A stretch of DNA of 63,992 bases, the filler included, from Dirinaria sp. TL-2023a (lineage: Eukaryota), in assembly GCA_051941275.1 (NCBI GenBank). It is 3 parts of 3 records of this genome, joined end to end, with 100 filler letters (N's around TTAATTAATTAA, not from the genome) between each part and the next. Parts side by side here need not be neighbours in the genome. Positions count along the whole stretch, not along the records: positions 21,421 to 42,697 come from JAVEBF010000262.1; positions 42,798 to 63,992 come from JAVEBF010000264.1; 1 more part is not named here. The stretch is one strand, 5' to 3'. A model generated the notes under the pieces. It did not search any database. It saw only the letters and a list, made by a program, of their open reading frames with translations, and was not told where the DNA came from. Positions 37,416-49,845 of the stretch are shown piece after piece (within the stretch, counting starts at the first letter, position 1; every line of letters starts with the position of its first letter). A program made the translations under genes and the position numbers.

Positions 37416-38204
37416 ATGGCTGACGCTGTCAAGTACTCCAACAAACTCTCCGGTGCCCGGGTTTTGATCGTGGGAGGGACGAGCGGTATTGGCTTTGCTG
37501 TTGCTGAAGCCTGCCTTGAGTATGGCTGCACAGTCATAATCTCCTCATCTCAAGCTTCTCGCGTCGAGTCCAGCATACAGCGCCTTCTGAAGTCGTACCC
37601 TTCAGCCAAAGATCGCGTCTCAGGCTATTCTTGTGACTTGGCCTCGCCATCTTCGGAAGACAACGTCAAAGCGCTGTTTGAGAAGGTCGGTACCTTGAAC
37701 CACATCGTGTGCACGGCTGGAGACCAGTTGGCCATCATGCCGCTCGAGGAGGCAACCGTGGAAAAGATACAAAAGGCAGGCATGGTCCGTTTCGTCGGCG
37801 CGCTCCTGGTCGCCAAATACGGGGGTCCACGTCTGGCTCCCGGCCCTGGCTCGTCCATTACTCTCACGACGGGAACGGTGTCTGAGAAGCCCCAAGCGGG
37901 CTGGACGGTGATAGCGTCTTATGCTGGAGGTATGCACAGTATGACGAGGAACCTGGCTCTGGACTTGAAACCTACTCGCGTGAACCTTATATCCCCGGGA
38001 TTTATAGAGACAGAGCTATGGGACGGTATGCCCAAGGAGACTATGACCCAGATGTCTGACTGGATGAAGAAAGTCGGCAACGCGACTGGGGAGCTTGCTC
38101 AGCCCGGAGATATCGCGGAAGCGTATATCTACTGCATGCGTGATCGCAATGTCACTGGCAGCGTTATTGACACCAACAGTGGGGCTCTCTTGACGGGGCA
38201 TTGA
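37416..38204 (+). CDS. Short-chain dehydrogenase/reductase
   Basis: Rossmann motif VLIVGGTSGIGFAVA, plus TAG, RVNLISPGFIETELW and VTGSVIDTNSG. Confidence 0.95.
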   Translation: MADAVKYSNKLSGARVLIVGGTSGIGFAVAEACLEYGCTVIISSSQASRVESSIQRLLKSYPSAKDRVSGYSCDLASPSSEDNVKALFEKVGTLNHIVCTAGDQLAIMPLEEATVEKIQKAGMVRFVGALLVAKYGGPRLAPGPGSSITLTTGTVSEKPQAGWTVIASYAGGMHSMTRNLALDLKPTRVNLISPGFIETELWDGMPKETMTQMSDWMKKVGNATGELAQPGDIAEAYIYCMRDRNVTGSVIDTNSGALLTGH

Positions 38205-39971
38205 ATGGGGGGGAAGTCCGGGTTGCAGAGCAGGAGTGCACGTCCTCCAGTGAAAGAGCTGCACGATTATCATAAATCTTTCAGAGTTCGGTCCACCGAA
38301 AGCCCAGGGACAACTTGTAACAGAATCATAAGAGAGATTAGAGACAAGAGCATTGCCGACTATATATAACATATGAACCTTGTACTCAGTGATGAAGTTG
38401 CTGGCTGTCCGGACCGCAATAATTTGCAACCACGAACTCAGCTACCAGTACTGTAGTAGCCCCAAACCAGATTACTAAGCGAGTCCGGAGCTCAATGCAT
38501 GGAACGAAGCGTACCTACAGTAGCTTCGAAAAGGGTCACCGAAACGGCTTCAGCAAGCGCAACATATGATTTCCCCATAGACCCACTTATGATAAGTTCG
38601 TAGATCGCGAATTTTCGGCATCAAAGAAAAGTTTCGAATGTCTTTTAATTTCCTCCAGACTGTCTCAGCGCGGATACATGCATGACGACGATATCGCTCG
38701 CATGATTCCATTGGCTTGGTGGTCCGGCACCTGTGCGCCACCGAAGAAGCGCGACATGCTCAGCTCTCCGGCCTGTCATAGCTCACTGGCTCGTCTCGAT
38801 CCCATCGATGGCGATCGCTTGGATACTCCACAGATACTGAGATAAGGTGAATAGAGTACAGTAGTGTGTACGTGATGGATGGCACCTCCAGATAGTGCTT
38901 CCCACCAGATTGCCCAGCGCACGACAGCCTATAACTACGCGATCAAGTGCGAGTGGAGGGAGATTAGGACGCAAGTTTCGAACCGTTTGGCGTGCATTGA
39001 GTTCGCCCAGACCGCCACGGCGAAGGATTTGTCTGGAGAATATGAAGGGATTTCCTGGTTGGCCGTGCTTTGACGCGAGCCAGTGGTCGGAAGCGGGGGA
39101 AATTGGCCTCCATGCTAGCTTGATGATGTATCGGCTATGGGAGAATGGGTGGTTGCAGGAGTCTGAGGAGTGGGAGTAGCTGGGGCTGGACTTTGTGGAT
39201 GATCTCCCATAGTCCTGGTAACTGCCAGTCGTAGGTTATGTTACTTATGTAGGACTGAGAGGCTACGGTAGGGGTTGTTTTGGACCCAGCCAGCCAGCTC
39301 GGAGCTGATTGGGTCGAGGCAAGGGCTTACCGAAGGGAACGAACCGTATGGGGCGGAAGTGGAAAAGTAGGCCCGGTAGGCTCGTAGTAGGTTGGGTCGA
39401 CTGTCGAGTGCCTTAGTAGTAACTCCGTAGTAGTAGTAGTAGTGTGTCGAGGGTGTCGAGGCTCCTAAAATGGCCAGGATTCTGCACGGCTTGCACCATT
39501 CGGGCCTGGCATCTGGCATTGGTGGGTAATGGAGTTGGGTAAAGTAATTATTATTCAAGTTGCAGCCAAAAAAACAACTTTCACCTCCTGATTCTCCTCC
39601 ATCATATTTATTATTATCTTCTTCATGCCTTCGTCAGGCCTTTTGCCAGCTGCGTATTGCCTGTTCTTACACTCATAATACATACTCATAGAGGCATTAA
39701 TCTTAATCAGCGATCGACATCAGCCAACCTCACATCAGCCGGTCATCAATTGTGTCCATCAAAATCCTTCGTCTTGATCTCCGTCCCGATCTTCGTCTCC
39801 GATCTCCACCATAGTACTACGCCAGCCCTGCGACCTCAACTTCTCACGCCAACAACTGACTCGAGACGCTGTACAACAAGCCTCGGTATCACGCGTTCCT
39901 CTTGGAACAGATCCACCCTACTGCTGGAGTGAACAATTCCGTACCAGCGCGGCACAAACCACACGGACAGG

Positions 39972-41791
39972 ATGAAGCGGAAATTCTCGCTCTCCTCATT
40001 ACGCTTGGTAGGTCACTGCAATCACCTTTTCCCATATCGACCTCACAAACTTGACGTTTTGCGAAATTTTCCCTAACACTTCCTGTACTCATTGCCTCGC
40101 AGAAAGCACCGACACAAGTCGAACCCAGCCGCGAATCCCCACCATCCGAGTCACCGCCATATAGCCCGACACTATCGGAGTGTGAACGGCCAAGGGTGCC
40201 TTTGAATGTCCTCCTCGAGCTCAAGCAGTCGTGCGCTGTCCTAGTCAATGATACAAACCCGCCTACCGATGAGTACGACGACGTGCCGGATCCACGAGAA
40301 GCGTTGAGGAAATACGAGGAGCAGCAAGCAGCAAAGAAGAGGGCCCAAGCGAAGGCGGAAGCCCGAGCAGCGGCCAAAGCAGGAAAAGCCGAACAGGAAG
40401 CCTCGCTGTCTCGACGCCCGCGAGAAGAGAAGCGTGAACCCAGCCGCCGACCTGCACCCTACAAGCATGTACCCACAAATGCGGCGACAAGCTTCGGACG
40501 GACTGCAGTTCCCAGGCGGCCGTCACAATCGCAAGCCCTTCGGCCAGAAAGTGCCGACCTCGAACCCATTGAACCGTACCATACCAAGACATCCGCAAAG
40601 TCTCGCGCTACGGAGGAAGAAGAGGATGCCCAACTCTACCAAATCCGTGCTGCGTTGGAATCTCGCCCCAAGACATCGGCAGCTGCCTGCATTGATTACA
40701 GTGGCCCATCAAACCAGACCAGCGCCTCGACTTCACGCTCCCAGACTACGGACTACTCGCAAAGAATGTCCACCGGTGTCACATCGATAAATACCCCTGG
40801 CGATGACAAGAGATCTTCCTTCACTAACCAAAATCAAAGAGTGTCGGAGCAGATTCTTCAAGACGGAGCGTCAGCTTCACTAGCAGATGCTACCGCCAAA
40901 GCATGGATGATGCAAGAGCTTGCTAGAAGACGAGCTGAGCACAAATCTGGCCCAGCAAGACCAGCAAGTCGAGCATCCGTCAAGCCCGTTGCTGATCCAT
41001 CCCGAGCTCCGAGCCGTGCAGGAAGCATTGCAGGGAGCGTTATTGATGGTGTTAGGGATTATATTCGACCGCGGGGGAGCATGGACAGCATGCGGTCGAC
41101 AAGGTCCGATACAGACCTTTCACGAAGTCACAGCCGGAGCAGCAGCATCAAAGGCCGGGACTCCAATGGCGGATGGCGAGCGCAGCTGCGTAGGAAAGGA
41201 AGTTTCAGCTCGTGGCGGAACGCTAAACCACAGCATGAAGAGTCAAGAAGCCCCGACCCAGGCGTTGTGAACCTTAACCGTGAATTGCCTGCCCTACCTG
41301 GACTGGACCAGTACAAGGAGAAGAAGCCGAAGCCGGCACATATTTCCCAAATCATGCGTCCACCGCGCCAGAAGAAGACAAAGGACGCCTCCGCAAACCA
41401 GTACGCTCCGCCTCCCGTGGTTCAGCCGTTGAGCGCCGCCGAAGAGCAGCGACGTCGGTATGAGATCCAACGAGCTGTGGAGGAGAAGATGCGGATGACC
41501 AGCACGATGGCAGCGCCTGGGCCTGGACACCGTCCTATGACTGTCGCGCCGCACGTCAGTACCCATCCAGCGCTCAAGGGGCCCAGTTTCCCAGGGCACC
41601 AACCCAGGTCGCACAGTCAGCCGGTCGTGAGGACTGTGCAAGCTCCTTCGGTGACGGTGTTGGAGGTCCCGAAGACGCCTGGACCAGCAGACAAGAAGTC
41701 AAGTTTGCGAAAGCGACTGAGCCGGTTTTGGTCGGCGGGTGGCAGTAAAGATGGCAGTTCAGCGCCCGGCAAGATGGTTGCTGCCAATTGA
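39972..41791 (+). CDS. Low-complexity Ser/Arg/Pro-rich hypothetical protein (2 exons)
   Basis: Exon 1 MKRKFSLSSLRL (39972-40007) and intron 40008-40102 (GTAGGT..CTAAC..CAG) are in frame with the 531-aa ORF. Motif NLNRELPALPGLDQYKE. Confidence 0.82.
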
Positions 41792-42697
41792 AAGCGACGA
41801 ACTTATACTACTACAACAACTTCTAGTTGCTTGAGATACGAACCTCTCTCATGTTTTCCTTTCTAAGTATCAATCAGATCACCGGTTTATACGGAGCTCA
41901 CGGTCCTTTGTCGATAAAGTACGAGTACGCAGGCTAGCTATTCCTAGTAATCTACGACTTCCATTCTTCGGGTCACATGGAGTTCAAAAGAAGGGGGAAA
42001 GGTTGGGGGTTTGGTCTTTTTATTTTATGCCTTTACGGATTCCTTGGTTACGTTATATTATCGGTGGTGGCATTAATCTTGTGTGTGTGTGTTCGATAAA
42101 GTATTGCCTCCTATATCTATCTGCCTGCATCTCTCTAGAAAAAAGAAAGAAAAGAAAGAAAGAATTCCACGCGTTGCACCACACGAGGAAGAGAGAGGGA
42201 GGGGTAGAAAGTAATATATATTTATATACTTATACTTAGTAGTAGTAGTAACTTTGAGGGGAAATAAAGATCCTTTTTATATTTAATAATATTCACCTTT
42301 ACCTGAGTTGCTTTCCTTTATCTGAGCTTTCTGCATTTATTCTTCTACCTACCTACCTGCAAAGGGAAACCATATCTGATATAAGATAGGTAGGTGACTT
42401 CCCTTAATTATTCCTACTATTACTCCTGCTACTAGCATACTATCCCGCCGCCGCAGCAGCAGCAGCAACTAAACAGGAGTTTCTTTAAAACCCGACAGAA
42501 ACCAAGATCCTTCCCCCTTTTCTCGAATCTCGTTTCCTCCTCCCTCTCGAATCTATACAGTTTCCCTAATCCTAAATAATGATTTTGAAGAGTTGGTCGT
42601 AAGAGACGTAGTACGTATAAAGTTCTACATGTAGATAAAATAAAATAAGCATGATAAATCAGACAAAACATAGATCCATACTGGCTAGCTAGGGAGC

Positions 42698-42797
42698 NNN
42701 NNNNNNNNNNNNNNNNNNNNNNNNNNNNNNNNNNNNNNNNNTTAATTAATTAANNNNNNNNNNNNNNNNNNNNNNNNNNNNNNNNNNNNNNNNNNNN
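42698..42797. other. Artificial contig linker N44-TTAATTAATTAA-N44
   Basis: Same 100-bp linker design; stop sequence at 42742-42753. Confidence 0.97.
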
Positions 42798-43276
42798 GGG
42801 GGTGGGAAGCCATCTTCTGTGACTCGGGTGTTAGTTTTCTGCGGGACTGTGTGATTTGGGTCTTTGAGGTGGGGACGGTTGTAGGGTAGTGTGGAGGTGG
42901 GGGGCTTTATGGGATAGGAATTGGGATCACGTACTAGCCTGCGGTGTTTGCCCCGGCGAAGGCGACGGCGCGGTAGTGGTGATCGTAGGGTTCTGAGTCG
43001 TGCTCGTGGATGCGGCTGGTTGCTGCGATGTGGATGCCGTGGACTGAGAGGCCGCGGCTTGTTGGGAACGTTTTTTGCGGTTGAAGAGGCCGCGTAGGCC
43101 GCGCTTGACTTGGGCGAGGGCGTCGGGTGCTGGGTTTGGAGGAATGACATTAGTTAGCTGGAGAAGCTCCTATTCGGGACGTGGAGGATGGTAAGGTAGT
43201 TAAGGGGGGCTTCGAGTAATAGGAGGTGTGCAGTTTAGACAGGGCACATGTAGTGATACTTACGCACTCCTGGCAT
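42798..43276 (-). CDS. Small Ser/Thr/Gln-rich protein, probably 5' part only
   Basis: ATG CCA GGA GTG C|GTAAGT..CTAAC..CAG| gives MPGVPPDALAQVKRGLRGLFNRKKRSQQAAASQST.. A further GTACGT donor at ~42933 may run into the contig end. Confidence 0.5.
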
Positions 43277-45349
43277 GGCGATAACTGTATGTTCGAGGAG
43301 CTCAACAAGACTGAGAGCAGCCAGTGATCGCCCCCACTACTAGGATCTACCAATCCAGATCCATTGAGGAAAACGGAGAAGGTTTCGTCAGGGTATTATT
43401 ATTGAGGTCAAGTAAGGTAAAGGAGGAAACAGTGATGATATATGCCATGACTCCTGTACCTTACTTCACCATTTTAGTCGAGTGGTCACGGAGGCGCGTT
43501 TCAAGAGCGGGCTTACTTGAGTTACTCTATCCAGTGTAGGCGTTGTATCAAAATGAAAGGGGCCAGATGGTGCCAAGCACGTACCTCGTGGTTGGTTGCT
43601 AAGAGTTTCCTTGGCTGAGCTTGGCTTTGGCTTTCGCTTTGTGGAGGTGGCTTGGATTTGGGCGTGTGGGACGGGGCTGTGCTGATATTGCTTGTGTTGC
43701 TTGAATCATTGCTTGAATTGCTTGGCCGCCTGCATTGTCATCTCGATCAGGGGAGGGATGACGAATCCCAGTTCGTCGTGGCTGTGATGCTGGTTTATTT
43801 TCAGTAGCAGACCATCTCATGTCTAGGCCGGGGATGTAAGGGATGTGCAATAATATGCGAGAAGAGCGGCTTCCACGACATGCATCATCGCCCTTCGCAT
43901 CAGTGCAGACATGTCTCGCAACTGTCTCTCGGAAAACTTGCTTTACCCTACTGTATCAGAGCAAATCAAGATCTGCATTGCATCTACCTACAACAGTGAG
44001 GATGTACTTTAGACTGTCGGTACCCAAGTACATCAGTCTAATTTAAGCCATCCATCATATCCCGCTCCCCAGCATCGATCACTCAAACCCAGCTATCTTA
44101 TGTCTTGAGATCATCCTTTAGGAGTCTCACTATGTTAGAAAGTCATCAGTCGGGCTGGCTTTCTGAGTCGAGTCCAAAGCTCCGTCAATCTGCAGAATCC
44201 TTCCCTTGGCAATCTCTGCGAGCTGCTGCTAAGGCCGGTGTCTCTTTTCACTGGCTCTCTTTCTCGGATTTCTGCTTTACTGAGTGATCTTTGCCTGCTA
44301 CAGTAACAGTACAGCACGAAATCCGTATCGGAAGGATCTGGTTCTTTGCGGTTCTGATTGATTGGCAGCTGCACTTTCGCGTCCAATCACGGCTTTGAAA
44401 GAACACAAGTGATCTCCACAGTCTATGAATGTTGAAAGGTGGTGAGTAATGAATGCAGGCGGTTTCTGACTCCTAGGCTGAGCGCGTTGTGCCATACACT
44501 CAAGTACGTAACGCTTAACTAGTACGGCTTGTCGCCGAAGATATGCTCTATTGCTGCTTATTCGACTCTACCATGCTGATATGTTATGTCACTGCTCCTG
44601 ATGTACGGCAAGCAGAGAGCCAATGTATGGGCTCCGTGTTCAAGAAGCAATAGCGGTAAGCTCAGCAGCTCAGTACATCGTCCAGTAGCTCATCGCAGCA
44701 GTAGGTTGTCCAGTAGGAAGTCGTTTTTGCAGGAAATAATCACGAAAGCGATGATCTTAATCCTCCAGTGCTTCTCAAACTCAGTATGCAAATCCCTTAC
44801 TCTAAATCTTCGAATGAACGACTTGATGATTTCGACAATACTGTCAGCTCAGTTCTAGTCCTCGGATTAGACTCAGAAGCCAATGGAGAAGCTGAATTCC
44901 GTTTTGTCGCGATAAAAGTTTCTCAGCATTTTACCAACATCAGGCCACCATACATATGTAAGTATATCAGTGCCATTAACGTCTATAATATCGACTTATT
45001 CCAGAAATGCCTGATCGTTTGGCCTCTTCTTCAAGGTATGTCCTTTCGAGGTCTGGGAGTTCATCCGGTATTTTGATCTCCGATTAAATCTGGCTTTGGC
45101 ACTGTTGAGCGTCCCGGACTCAACGACGCCATAAAAGCTCTGATGAAGTACTGTAAAGATGCGACAACTTCCCAAGATGTGCAAGTCGGCCTAACAAAAC
45201 CGTAGCGGATTAAAAGCCAGATTGCTCCACCACGCCGCGAAATCCGTCAAATCGTACCGGCTTTCAATGTCTGCTTGATAACATTGAACTGACAAAGCAT
45301 AGCTCTCAAACACCGCTTCGTTTTAGTGCCAAGGTAGTCGCGCGGTACG

Positions 45350-46275
45350 TTTATGCAACTATGTACGATGCCTAGCTCATGGTCTCTGTATAAAGAATGC
45401 GGGTTTCCTTGGCCTCCATTGGCCAGCTTTCTCAGGAAATTGGCTGATATTCTATCTGCCACTCTTATGCAGCTCAAGTTCCGGCGTCTGGTCTACTTGT
45501 TGCTCTCAGCCGTCAATGTTGATACGATGCTCAGCTCATGGTCTCTGCGTACAGATCACGAATTTCCTTTGATTCCATTGATCAGCTTTCTCCGGAACTT
45601 GACTGATTCCGTATCGGCCGCTCTTACGCAGCTCAAGTTATGTCCTCCGATCTACTCATTGCTTTTAACCGTCAACGTTAGTGCGATGCCCAGCCCATGG
45701 TTTCTGTGTACAGATCACGGATTTCCTTTTGGTTCCATTGACCAGCTTTCTCCGGAAATTGGCTGATTTCGTATCTGCCACTCTTGTGCAGTTCAACTAA
45801 CTCCGTCTGATCTACTTATTTTTCTCAGCCGTCAATGTTTGTACGATGCCGAGCTCATGATCTCTGCGTACAGATCACGAATCTCCTTTGACTTCATTGA
45901 TCAGCTTTCTTCGAAAATTGACTGATTCAGTATCTGACATTCTTTCCGTACCTGTCACTTTTATGCAGCTCAAGTTCCATGGTCTGATCTACTTGTTGCC
46001 CTCAGCCGTCAACGTTGATACGATGCCCAGCTCATGATCTCTGTGTAAAGGTCACGGATTTTCTTTGGCTCAATTGGCCATCTCTCTCCAGTGATTGGCT
46101 AATTCGGTGTCTGCCGCTCTTATGCAGCTCAAGACCAGCTCATGGTCTCTGTATAGAAATCGCGGATTTCGTTGGGCTCCATTAGCCAGCTTTCTCAAGA
46201 AATTTCCCGATTCCGTACCTGCCACTCTTATGCAGCTCAAGTTACGCCGTCTGGTCTACTCATTGCCCTCAGCCC
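45350..46275 (-). repeat. Tandem array of a ~159-bp unit (about 6 copies), decayed coding repeat
   Basis: An ATGCAGCTCAAG-like anchor recurs at 45467, 45626, 45786, 45963, 46122 and 46230. Confidence 0.92.
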
Positions 46276-46439
46276 AATATTAGTACAGTGTACTGGGCTT
46301 GGGCAAAGGTCTGCAATGTAGCATTGAATCTCTCTCAACCTTGCTTTCATTGCTTCAACTTCGTTTCAGTCTTTTTATCTCTTGCTTCATCTTCTTCTTG
46401 TCTTCGTCTGGAATAACCTTTTTTTCAATTATAGCAAGC

Positions 46440-46735
46440 GATCTTTTTTTCCCTCCTCTAACTTTCTTTAAATAAATTCAGAAGCGCAAAGTAAGTTAAA
46501 TGAGGGTGGTCTATTGCGAAAGCGACACAAATTGACCTCGAGTGGTTTTGTTCGACACAAGGAAACACAAAAAGTTTCAGAGAACTTTCTGGATTCCAAT
46601 AAGCATCCGCTCTTTCCAGGATCTCTTTCATAAATAATCCATCGATGTGACAAACTCCTCAACCCCTGCAGCATGATATCCCCGTCATGCAATTGCAAGC
46701 TATCGACTTCTAATAAATAAACAAGTGTTTGGCGA
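46440..46735 (-). pseudogene. Decayed gene fragment, paralogous to 49540-49845
   Basis: QLHDGDIMLQGLRSLSHRWIIYERDPGKSGC...I*RKLEEGKK aligns with QLHD*NTTLHELRSLLHRWTVYGGDLGEIGC...I*GKLEEGEK. Confidence 0.7.
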
Positions 46736-49539
46736 AAATTGTTGCAATACTTTGTTCGTGACTTTTTGCCTCGTGAAACCGTGGAGATTCACGCAAGTTA
46801 CTCTGTACCACATGTCTGTGTTGTACCAGCTTTAACTCACTGACTTCCTGGAAAAGGTTCCTCTGGGCTGAGAATCTCGTCATGATACTGAAATCGCTCG
46901 TGCGATTCAAGCGTTCAAGGACTCAAAGGTCCAAGTCCAGACCCTGGAGTAGCAGTTGTGTCTACCACCATCCTATTAAAGAAACGCGAAGCCGATATAG
47001 GACAATAACGACCAAACCCGTTTTAGGGACGTGACAAGTTCAGCTTCCGCGGTTTGTAGTAGCTGCTGTCGCCTTTGTACGACATTTGTTCGCTTTCTAG
47101 AACCGCTGAAAAATGCGACAATAACCCAAGGGGGGGTATTCCGTTCGAGACTTGACGCCCTCTGAAGGATTCTCAAGAGGTAAAAGTTCTATAACTTCAA
47201 AGCTGCTTCTCAAGTATTGCTTCGCATTACTCTCTCTTGATTCTCTCTTACGTATTTCATCAGTCGCATCTTTCTCTCTTTTTTCGGTATGTGTTGCGTC
47301 GGTGACGCGAAAAAGGGCGCCGCTCATTTCCTTGAAGTTCTAGTCTGCCATTAAAACAAGCGTCTCAGCAATTTTCCGTGGAACGCGATGAGTTTTGCCT
47401 TAACTTACCACCAAATCAATGTGAACTTCGAAAGGGTTGAATATTTTTGGGCCGTGCCAGCCTGCGGTTTTTGGTCAATTTTTACCATTCGTTCGAGGGG
47501 CGAGGATTCTCCCAATTTGCTGATCGTGAGCATCCTATGTCGAGACGATGGATGCTGTGCTTGGAAAGAGATAATCGATTCATGTCAACGGTGTTCAGCT
47601 GGGATTTGCGATAGTCCTCCGAGCTCACGCAGATCGTGCCGTCTGCATCTGGCTCAAGCTTGTCACAGAGACTCCAAAGAGAGCCCTCGATTCAGGGATC
47701 CTCGTCAGCAGATGCTGAATCACTGAGTCGTCTTCGGCTCTCGGAGCCTATGTTCGGTTCGCTGTGGAACCCTGCAACGGGTGCGGTATCACCTGATATT
47801 GCCGCTTGGGCTTTTCTGGATGCATCTCCTGTCTCGTAACTGACAGCCTCCATCAGCAATACCGCACTCTCCTTGCTGATATAGGCGAATAGGCATACCA
47901 AAAAAAAAAAAAAAAGCTTCTATTGATCCAGTGCTAGATAGGCTCTGGCTTATGTTTAGTCGGTCGACCAAATCTTGACTGAAAGATGGGAAACATTATT
48001 GCATCCAGGTAGAAAGTGGGATCACTAATGAGGTGTAAAGCAACATAGCGTAGCCGAGGCGCTAGAGCTAAGCGAGATTGTCAATAATGATCATCATTGT
48101 TTCTAAGATCTTGCGACATTCTTCAGGGTCTCTAGATAAAATGAGCTTCTTGATTCTGTATTTCTCATGCTAAGAACCTGCGAACTTCATATCTCGCCAT
48201 CATTGAGTCAGATTTGCGCCTTGAGTGAGTCATTATTTGTCTATACACGCATTGAAGGTCGGTGACTTCGATCAGTTCTATCTCTCTCCTAATACTATGT
48301 CTCAATCCTCCCACTGTTCAGAGGTAAATAAATGCTGGTCAATTTAGATGTTGTAGGGGCCCAAATTTCGCTATCCGAATCCAAAACCTTGGGGATCTTG
48401 CCTTTCGGGGCGCGGAAAAAGACGTCTCGTCGACAGAAAGGGGTCGCTTTTTCTCGGGGGATCCCCCTATTTTCTTCGGGGAGTCCGCCGCGGCCTCACT
48501 ACAAACATCACCGAAACACGACTTCGAGTTTGTTGAAGGTTTGCGCTCGGTCAAAGTTCGTTTTCCCGCGGCTTTTCCGCCTGCTCCGACTCGTTGTACG
48601 TTCCCAAACGCGATAACGTAATGGGTGAAACCTTCGGTATCAACCGATTTACATGGAGCACCGTTACCCGATGCCCCTTTGCGAGCCATGCCATGACGAT
48701 TATTAGTATGAAAATAAAATAACATCGCATCAACCAAATGACAATTGCGAGTCTTTCCCAAGCCCTGGAGACGAAGCCAAACTCTCAATTATAATCTTGT
48801 GAATGAAATCGATGAATTGCGGTCCAGCAGAACCGCGCATCAACATTTGAAGTCAATCAAATAAAGAAATGTATTATTCGCTCTAAAAGCTGACTTTAAT
48901 TCTAATCTTTGAATAGTCCAACGGCGGACCGCCAGCAACAATCTTCCTCAAACGAAGTTATAAGCTAGCTGTTATATCTACCCCATCTGCTTCTGTCTTC
49001 AGCGCTTCTCTGTATTTGAAAGTGATAATCCTCATGACTAGCAGGATTTGCAACTAGAACCTGCTCCTAGAAGATGGATTCGACAGCGATTGCAGGTCGT
49101 GTCGGAGTCTGGGTCAGGTTTGGCCTTTGCGGCCTCCGACATATGCGTCTTAGCAACTTGATACGGGCCTTATACAAGCGTACCAACGCTTTTCCGTGAA
49201 CTCGTTGAGGTTTGGAGGATAATGAAAAAAATCCTTTGTGAGGGACGCGGCCTCTTCCAGATGTTTCTCTGCATCTTCGGTGTCATGACGAGCATATCAG
49301 ACTCGCTCCCATTGGGCTTTGTAGACCAACTACCTCAACTGAAATCATCTCAGAAAGGAAACACTAACAGCTGGCAGCATCAATGCTTGTGGGCGATCTT
49401 ATCGACATATCGAGGAATCGTGGTCCACATCCTGCACTTGCTGACGATGTTGGGCTAGAAGTCCTCATTCAGGTTGACGTTTAGAACGAGCTTTTTTTTA
49501 ATCTTGTTTGGAGGGTATTAAAGTGATCTCTATTGCGAA

Positions 49540-49845
49540 GTTCATTCTTCTCTCCCTCCTCTAATTTTCCTTAAATCAATAGAGAAGCGCGAAATCAGTA
49601 AACTGCAGCCCGGTTCTTGCGAAAACCAATACAAAAATAACCTCAAATAATCTCTTCATTCTGCGACACCTCAAAACAAATTCTAAATTCCCGAGAAATT
49701 TTTGGGTTTCAAAAGCATCCGATCTCTCCAAGGTCTCCTCCATAAACAGTCCATCGATGTAACAAACTTCTCAACTCGTGCAGCGTGGTATTTCAGTCAT
49801 GCAATTGCCAGCCATCGAATTGTTGTAAATAAAACAATTTGTTAG
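49540..49845 (-). pseudogene. Decayed gene fragment, paralogous to 46440-46735
   Basis: Shared nucleotide blocks (ccctcctctaa, aagcatccg, tccatcgatgt, gtcatgcaattgc) and several in-frame stops. Confidence 0.7.

Noticed and set aside
45350..46275. Tandem array as a CRISPR-like or non-coding satellite
   Set aside because: Eukaryotic DNA with contiguous 159-bp units and no unique spacers; a decayed coding repeat explains it better.
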